A DNA stretch of 64,000 nt. Source: the human T2T-CHM13v2.0 reference genome, Homo sapiens. The stretch lies in NCBI RefSeq assembly GCF_009914755.1, contig NC_060930.1; one strand, written 5' to 3'. Positions 57,160-64,000 of the stretch are shown piece after piece. Position 1 is the first letter of the stretch; every line of letters begins with the position of its first letter. Below the pieces are notes generated by a model that worked only from the letters and a program-made list of their open reading frames with translations, was not told where the DNA came from and ran no database searches. The position numbers and the translations under genes are program-made.

Positions 57160-58069
57160 CTTTGTGGTTTTATCTACTTTTGGTCTTTGATGATGGTGAT
57201 GTACAGATGGGTTTCTGGTGTGGATGTCCTTTCTGTTTGTTAGTTTTCCTTCTAACAGACAGGACCCTCAGCTGCAGGTCTGTTGGAATACCCTGCCTTG
57301 TGAGGTGTCAGTCTGCCCCTGCTGGGGGGTGCCTCCCAGTTAGGCTGCTCGGGGGTCAGGGGTCAGGGACCCACTTGAGGAGGCAATCTGCCCGTTCTCA
57401 GATCTCCAGCTGCGTGCTGGGAGAACCACTGCTCTCTTCAAAGCTGTCAGACAGGGACATTTAAGTCTGCAGAGGTTACTGCTGTCTTTTTGTTTGTCTG
57501 TGCCCTGCCCCCAGAGGTGGAGCCTACAGAGGCAGGCAGGCCTCCTTGAGCTGTGGTGGGCTCCACCCAGTTTGAGCTTCCCGGCTGGCTGCTTTGTTTA
57601 CCTAAGCAAGCCTGGGCAATGGCGGGCGCCCCTCCCCCAGCCTCGCTGCCGCCTTGCAGTTTGATCGCAGACTGCTGTGCTAGCAATCAGCGAGATTCCG
57701 TGGGCGTAGGACCCTCCGAGCCAGGTGTGGGATATAGTCTCGTGGTGCGCCGTTTTTTAAGCCGGTCTGAAAAGCGCAATATTCGGGTGGGAGTGACCCG
57801 ATTTTCCAGGTGCGTCCATCACCCCTTTCTTTGACTCGGAAAGGGAACTCCCTGACCCCTTGCGCTTCCCAGGTGAGGCAATGCCTCGCCCTGCTTCGGC
57901 TTGCGCACGGTGCGTGCACCCACTGGCCTGCGCCCACTGTCTGGCACTCCCTAGTGAGATGAACCCGGTACCTCAGATGGAAATGCAGAAATCACCCGTC
58001 TTCTGCGTAGCTCACGCTGGGAGCTGTAGACCGGAGCTGTTCCTATTTGGCCATCTTGGCTCCTCCCCC
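57160..58069. promoter_or_regulatory. CpG-rich L1PA2 5'UTR: sense promoter (-) and antisense promoter (+), YY1 site ggccatcttg near 58050
   Basis: Most CpG-dense stretch of the window; established L1 5'UTR architecture. Confidence 0.75.
57619..57834 (+). CDS. ORF0: L1 antisense ORF0 (71 aa), intact
   Basis: MAGAPPPASLPPCSLIADCCASNQRDSVGVGPSEPGVGYSLVVRRFLSRSEKRNIRVGVTRFSRCVHHPFL; donors ccag|gtgtgg (57724) and ccag|gtgcgt (57809). Confidence 0.85.
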   Translation: MAGAPPPASLPPCSLIADCCASNQRDSVGVGPSEPGVGYSLVVRRFLSRSEKRNIRVGVTRFSRCVHHPFL

Positions 58070-59680
58070 ATGAAGCTGTAGACAAAAAGAGCAGGAGTGT
58101 CCCTTCTTCCTGCCATATCCCACCAGCGACCCCTACTGAGAAAGTTTAACATCGCGCATACTGTAAAGAAGAGATGTTTGAGTTTCTTCTATTATTGCAG
58201 GACAAATATTGAAAGGTAAATTGGGATCTGAGAGTCAATACACTTATAACTGAAATACCTGGCTATTTATTGAATATGTAGGTCAAAAATATACTCTTTT
58301 CATACCAAAATAAATTGCGAGATCTATGACCTTGACTGGTGGTGTTTAGGCTACCACATTAAAAATGAGACCTACATTTACCCACCAGAAGGCTATCATT
58401 TCATATTTATCAAGTTTCTATTATAAATTAGGTTATAACATATGATATTTTAAACTATATAATCCTTTAAACAGCAGCTATAAACTTTCAACATAGATTT
58501 TTTTCTGTTAAATTCATTAGAGTAGTGTTTTTGTGTGTGTGTGTTTCAGTTCTTTTCTTTTTTAGCTTAAAATTTTCTCACCCTAAAATAAACAAATCAA
58601 TTTCCAAAATTTCATAGAATTCGATAATTATGTTTGTGGGTCCCAAAATTAATTTGCTTTTTTAAAAAAAATTGAGGATCATGAGAAAGGAATATTATTT
58701 TTCATGTCGATGCCTCAAGTTGCCTTTTGAGCCTTTGCCCAAGATCCATTTAAGTAGGATTCAGCAAAGGCACAGAATAAGGTGGTCCAGTTTTGAAACA
58801 GGCAATATAAAGAATCATAAGGAACTCCTCAGAATAGGAAATAATTTTTTATGCAACAGATAAAATAGCTTTAAAAAAAGGCATTATTTGGTACATTTAA
58901 ACTGTGAGTCATGTTTAAGTATCTATATCTTATGTATAAAACATATAATTTTATATTTTGTATAAAATTACTTGAAATCTATATTTCATTTGACATTGCT
59001 TGAAGATGTGTTCTTTATGTACTATTTCTACCAAGAGTTTAATTCAACATACTGAAGCTCATGTTTGATATATACTATAACCATTGCTCAGATGATATAA
59101 AATTCTAGCAAATTAAAAGAAAAATCACTCTTACAGCCCCAAAACTGTTATTCCAGACTGGACTTATTTTACCTTCTGTTTTGGTAGTTACATTTCTCAC
59201 TTGTAACATAAATCTCTAATTCCTTTAGACAGGTCATTAGCTTCAACACAGATAGCATTATTAGGATAATTTATCAACCATCCAAGCCAAAGGGAAGTGA
59301 AAATTTGTAAGAAATGGGGCAGAATTAGGGATGAAGAGCAGGTCTGATGAAAATTGATCTGGAGGGTGAAAAACTTCTAGAAATTTTAATTTATCAAATT
59401 AAAATTAGATTTGAAGACTTTTCCTAAACCTAAAGAAAATGCAAGGAAAACATAATCACTGGCATTACTGGAAATAACTGAAATTACTCACTGTAGTCAT
59501 AAAATGAAAGTTTCTTAACACTGACCATCTAAAGCAAATTCCTTTCAATGGAAATGTTCATTGAGATGAATGGAATTTTTCAATAGACTATTTGTAGTCT
59601 AAATCTAGTAATTCTTCAGAAATGTATGATCTAATAAGTAAGTGCTGTTTCCTTATAGCCAATAGTTTTCATTTGTTCTA

Positions 59681-59682
<2 letters not shown>

Positions 59683-59749
<67 letters not shown>
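59683..59749. repeat. Compound microsatellite (TG)21(AG)12
   Basis: Read directly from sequence. Confidence 0.97.
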
Positions 59750-60479
59750 TATTGCATCTAATGTGTAACATTTACTGATGATCCTGCTGTTGTGTGACTT
59801 GTGTGGTTTTGGGCTATGAAATCTTAGCAGGACCATCACTGTCCATCCTGTGTGCACACCATTTAGAAAGCCAGTGCCCCATTGGGCACTGTAATCACAT
59901 TAGAATCACAATTAATTATTTAGCCATGTATGGATAATAAAAAAATACTCCAGGCACTTTTTTTGTGTGTCATATGCTTATATCACTTAAGATTTGACAA
60001 TTCAGAAGACACTTGGTTTATGTGATATGAAATCTAATTGCTTTTATTGAAGGAAATAAAACTATTGAGTAATGCAAGGGGCAATTGTTTTGGGGCACCA
60101 TACCTGGAAACATACGTTTAAAATAAAGGCATAAGCTGGGTTTGTTTGCTCATTTTGTCTCGCAGTTGACAAAGGAAATGCTAACTTTGCATCCCATCAG
60201 TTCTTCTGGGAAAGAGCTGTTCTTATAAATGCTGTACCTAGATGGACATCAATAAATATGTATGAGTTATGAATGAATGAATGAATATCTCTTTTGAATC
60301 ATATTTGACTTCTTTCTCCATAGCAGTAGGGATAATTTTATACTGATTCATTTACAATGTCACACATGTCTTGTGACCAATTGTTTACACTTAAATATAC
60401 AGCAAGGTTTGAGATTTATTCTATTATCTGGATTGCAGTGAATTCAATATCTTGGGGGCCATTTGACCTCATAACAAAC

Positions 60480-60720
60480 TTAAACAAGATTTTTAAAGGC
60501 ACTTTTTAAACACTCAGGATATCTAGGCATTTCGCAAGGATTAATTTCATTAATCCATACAAAAAAACATGATATAAGTACTGTTATTACTATACACATA
60601 AAAACAAATGTACAAAATTGAAGAAGCTTTTGACAACAACACAGCTGGTATTGTGGTGAATCATGTATATGACCTGAATGGTCTGACTCCAGCATCTGCA
60701 CATTAAATACTCCATGGTAT
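60480..60720 (-). mobile_element. MIR fragment
   Basis: taatttcattaatccatac ... aaattgaag ... ggtctgactccagcatctg. Confidence 0.55.
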
Positions 60721-61030
60721 TGCCTTCTTGGAGATTGCTTCAGAGAACAGGCCATGTGCCCTCTTCTGAAAAGAATTGCCTCATAAAGTGCCATATGTCA
60801 ACATTTGTGGATTTTAATAACAATTTGGTTATCTCTCTACCTTTCATCTGTATTCATTCATCTTTTAAAACTTCGGATTCCATAAATTGTAGCTATGTAA
60901 CACTTTTGCGGACTTTTAGAAACTCAATGTTCTGTGTGAAGCAAGAATTAAAACATCTCCATTCCTATCTGGGCGAACTCTAGGTAGAAGGTAGAATCTT
61001 TGTGACTGGATTATTAGAAGAAACAGTTTT

Positions 61031-61353
<323 letters not shown>

Positions 61354-62049
61354 TGAAGAAACAGTTTTAAGCAACGTCGTGTCTCTGTAATTCAGTGAAA
61401 TTTGAAATGAATACAGAGAATATTTCTACACTTAAGCAGAAGAAAGAAAGATACCGTTAAAAAACAGAACAACAACCTAAATGGATTCAGATGGGTAAAT
61501 AGATAGGTAGGCAGATAGATAAATGGAAGTTGAGAGAGAGAAAGGACCCAAGTTTGATAAGTATTTAGGCACAAAGAAAGGAGAATAGAAGGTGGAGGGT
61601 GGTTTGTGGCAAGTCAAAAAGGGGAACAAAGTATTTGTGTTCTAAAAATTTTTTCTCTCCAGATTGCTGAACATATTTATTTTTGGTCTTTATTCATGAA
61701 TTTTAATTCAAGGTGCCCAGATTCCTGGAGCCTTTAAAGAGCATAATGTCTATCCTTCAATAAGAGAAAGCCTGTGGTTTCTATTTCTGGTTGTGAACCT
61801 GAGGAAGTTACATTGCTGGCCATGTTTCCGTGTGAAAACTAGTGATTTAGAAACATTCTGAAAACCTCAGCAAGAGTCATCAGAACCACACTAATTACCA
61901 GATTGACCCTTCTGATTTTCTTTTGCCTTAAGATCCAACTTATTGCAGTAGAATACCCTCCTACTCCCAGCCTCAGGGAGGAGACTACTTCCCCCAAAAC
62001 TTAGCATGGTACTTCTGTGCACGGCAGCTTCTTCACATGGGCAGTCACA

Positions 62050-62370
62050 CATTTGGAGAATTACTGGGCTCAGAATTGAAGGGAATTTTAAAGTCCCACT
62101 GAACCAACTCACTTTTAAGTACCATACTCAGTCCCTGGCCCATGCTAAAGGCTGTCTTGACATGTCTTGGCTGTCTTCCTCACTCCTGAACTGAGGGAGG
62201 ACTTTTCGTCTTTGGGAGAGCTCTGATTTCTTGGAAAGATTTTCTCTCATTACATAGAAATCTGTACTGCTGTGAGTTTCACTCACCAGTCCTAGTTTAG
62301 TCCTCAGCTACATAAGGTAATCCTAATTTTTCTTCCATTCACCAGGTGTTCAAATATTGAAAAGGAGATA
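62050..62370 (-). mobile_element. CR1/L3 3' remnant (a further piece likely at ~63100-63420)
   Basis: agaattgaagggaattttaaagtc, ggaaagattttctctc, cagtcctagttt, ttcaaatattgaa. Confidence 0.45.
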
Positions 62371-62377
62371 TTAGTAT

Positions 62378-62900
62378 CATTTGATAAGCATTAATTGAGG
62401 ACCTTCCATGCGCCAGACACTGCAGTAAGGACTAAGAGCTTAAAAATAAAGAAAACACAATCCTTTCCTGAAAGGTATCTTGGGGTAAGGTAGGAGGGGG
62501 AAAAGTGACCCACAATAAAAATACAGCCTGGGCCTGAGCAAGTGTCACTTGTCAGAGGGCTTCTAAGAAGAAGGAATGCTTGAGTGGAATTGCAGAAAGC
62601 AGATGATCTATTTGGACAAAAATGTTAACGTCAGATAAGCTACTCTGAGCAAGAACATGCAGTCATGAGAACATCTGGATTAAAGTGGTTAATTGTAGTT
62701 TTCCTCATTGAGAGAAAATAAGTTTAGGGAAAGGTCTGATTATAGGAGAAGGCAATAACTTGACTTTGCTCTATAGGCATGAGCAGTCTTTAAATGGTTA
62801 AAAGCAGAGAGAAGTGACACAATGAAATCTGCCTTTAAATTTCATTTAATTTGATCGCATAGCCATGCCTTATCCTTTTTGGATTAGATATACCCAGTTC
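62378..62900 (-). mobile_element. L2 fragment
   Basis: aagcattaattgaggaccttccatgcgccagacactg ... aagcagagagaagtgacacaatga. Confidence 0.6.
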
Positions 62901-63439
62901 TTTAACCACTTCCCAAATGACACCATCTGTCCTTTCACCATTTAGCCACTCTTTTTGGAAAAAAAAGTCTTTATATAAATAGTCTGGAAAATCAAATCCC
63001 TGCAAGGGGTAGGGAAATATAAGAAATGTGTACAATAGTTGTAAATGAGACACTAGAGAGTGGTCAAGTTCATGGGAAATTGAATGCCTGTATTGCCTAA
63101 AGTTATTAATGTTTCCACTTTTTCATTCTCTTTTGGCTGAGTAAATCCAGTGTGGGCTGGATTTCACTGGGCCTGCTATCTAATAATAATTTTTGATATA
63201 ATTTTTCTAAAGCCAAAGTCTCAGAACTTGACACAATATTCTTATTATGGTCTGTGCAACACAGATTAAAAGCAGAGATCACCTCCTTTACACTCATCTA
63301 TGTTTCTATTAATCTGGCCCACTGTTTAATGAACACTATACTTTCATGTTGTGCCATGCTATTTTTTCATTTCTCTCGCAGCACCATATCTTCCCATACT
63401 CTGCTGGAACAGTTCATTTTCTCGGTTAGAATTCAGTAA

Positions 63440-63690
63440 CCCAGTATTAATGGGGAAAACATCTAACTTGTAGTAAGAAGACCTGGCCTCCAGTTTTGAT
63501 TCTGCTGTATATAGGCTGTTTGATCCTCAAAAAAAAAAAGGGCGAGTTGCTCTATGAGACGCCTCATTTTTAAAAGGTTATCTGGTGCCTTCCTTGAGTC
63601 ACCAAATGTAATTGTTGTATGAGTGAAATAATAACATGTTTTGTAAGTGGTTTATAAATTGTGAAGTGGGTCACAAATATTTCTAATTTC
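63440..63690 (+). mobile_element. MIR fragment
   Basis: agtaagaagacctggcctccag ... gcctcatttttaaaagg ... gttgtatgagtgaaataa. Confidence 0.55.
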
Positions 63691-64000
63691 ACTTATTTTT
63701 CCTGGTTAAATCTCCCCTATTTGATTTAGCTAACACTCCTGCTTGCCTTAAAAAAAAAAAAACAAAACCTCCCTCTTCCACCTTTCCCTTAGTGAAACAA
63801 AGTAATTTGCTGACCCTGTGAATTGATTTTTTGGCTGCTATCATTTACATACCACACACATTCTGAATCGTCTGGGTATAAAAAGTGATTTTTTTAAACA
63901 AGAGGTGCTATTTGTTCATTTTCAGTTTTATTTACAGAAATGTTAACAATTCCTGAATATGAAATGTTGCAAAACAATTTTGCCGATTCATTTCTGACTT

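Larger units (their letters stand above)
56754..58069 (-). mobile_element. L1PA2 5'UTR plus ORF1 5' part, 3'-truncated, no poly(A), flanked by cccatgaagct direct repeats
   Basis: Young 5'UTR lacking the ~129-bp ZNF93 segment (tctgttggaataccctg); aaatcacccgtc; repeats at 56745-56755 and 58067-58077. Confidence 0.93.
56119..58258. mobile_element. Ancient LTR (LTR78/79/80-like), split by the L1PA2 insertion
   Basis: tatcagtctgagttcc..caggagg start; ccctactgagaaagtttaacatcg..ctgagagtcaata..ataactg end. Confidence 0.45.

Noticed and set aside
59872-59891. Hairpin cagtgccc-catt-gggcactg
   Set aside because: An 8-bp stem is expected by chance in 64 kb; no RNA-gene context.

Overview
AT-rich, CpG-depleted primate (very likely human/great-ape) genomic DNA, intergenic or deep-intronic. 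It is dominated by interspersed repeats: L1 of many ages (L1ME/MC/MB/MA, L1PB, L1PA), three Alus, a MER11 (HERV-K HML-8) solo LTR, MaLR LTRs (MST, MLT1), L2, MIR, CR1/L3 remnants and DNA-transposon fossils (MER20, MER30, MER46C). I find no host protein-coding gene, RNA gene or CRISPR array. The recognisable ORFs in the track are L1/Alu-derived; the rest look like chance ORFs. I cannot support a claim of a new biological system. The most notable structures are retrotransposition oddities. (1) A young L1PA2 with its full 5'UTR and an intact antisense ORF0, which stops inside ORF1 with no poly(A) yet is flanked by an 11-bp direct repeat. (2) A near-full-length L1PA6/7 whose ORF1 has an in-frame deletion, leaving an open 163-aa N-terminal+CTD mini-ORF1p behind its 5'UTR. 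(3) A twin-primed L1 with an ~2-kb gap. (4) A ~255-bp local inverted duplication abutting an L1 5' truncation. (5) A four-level nested insertion stack. Subfamily calls come from recalled consensus motifs without alignment. Boundaries of old repeats are approximate (tens of bp or more).
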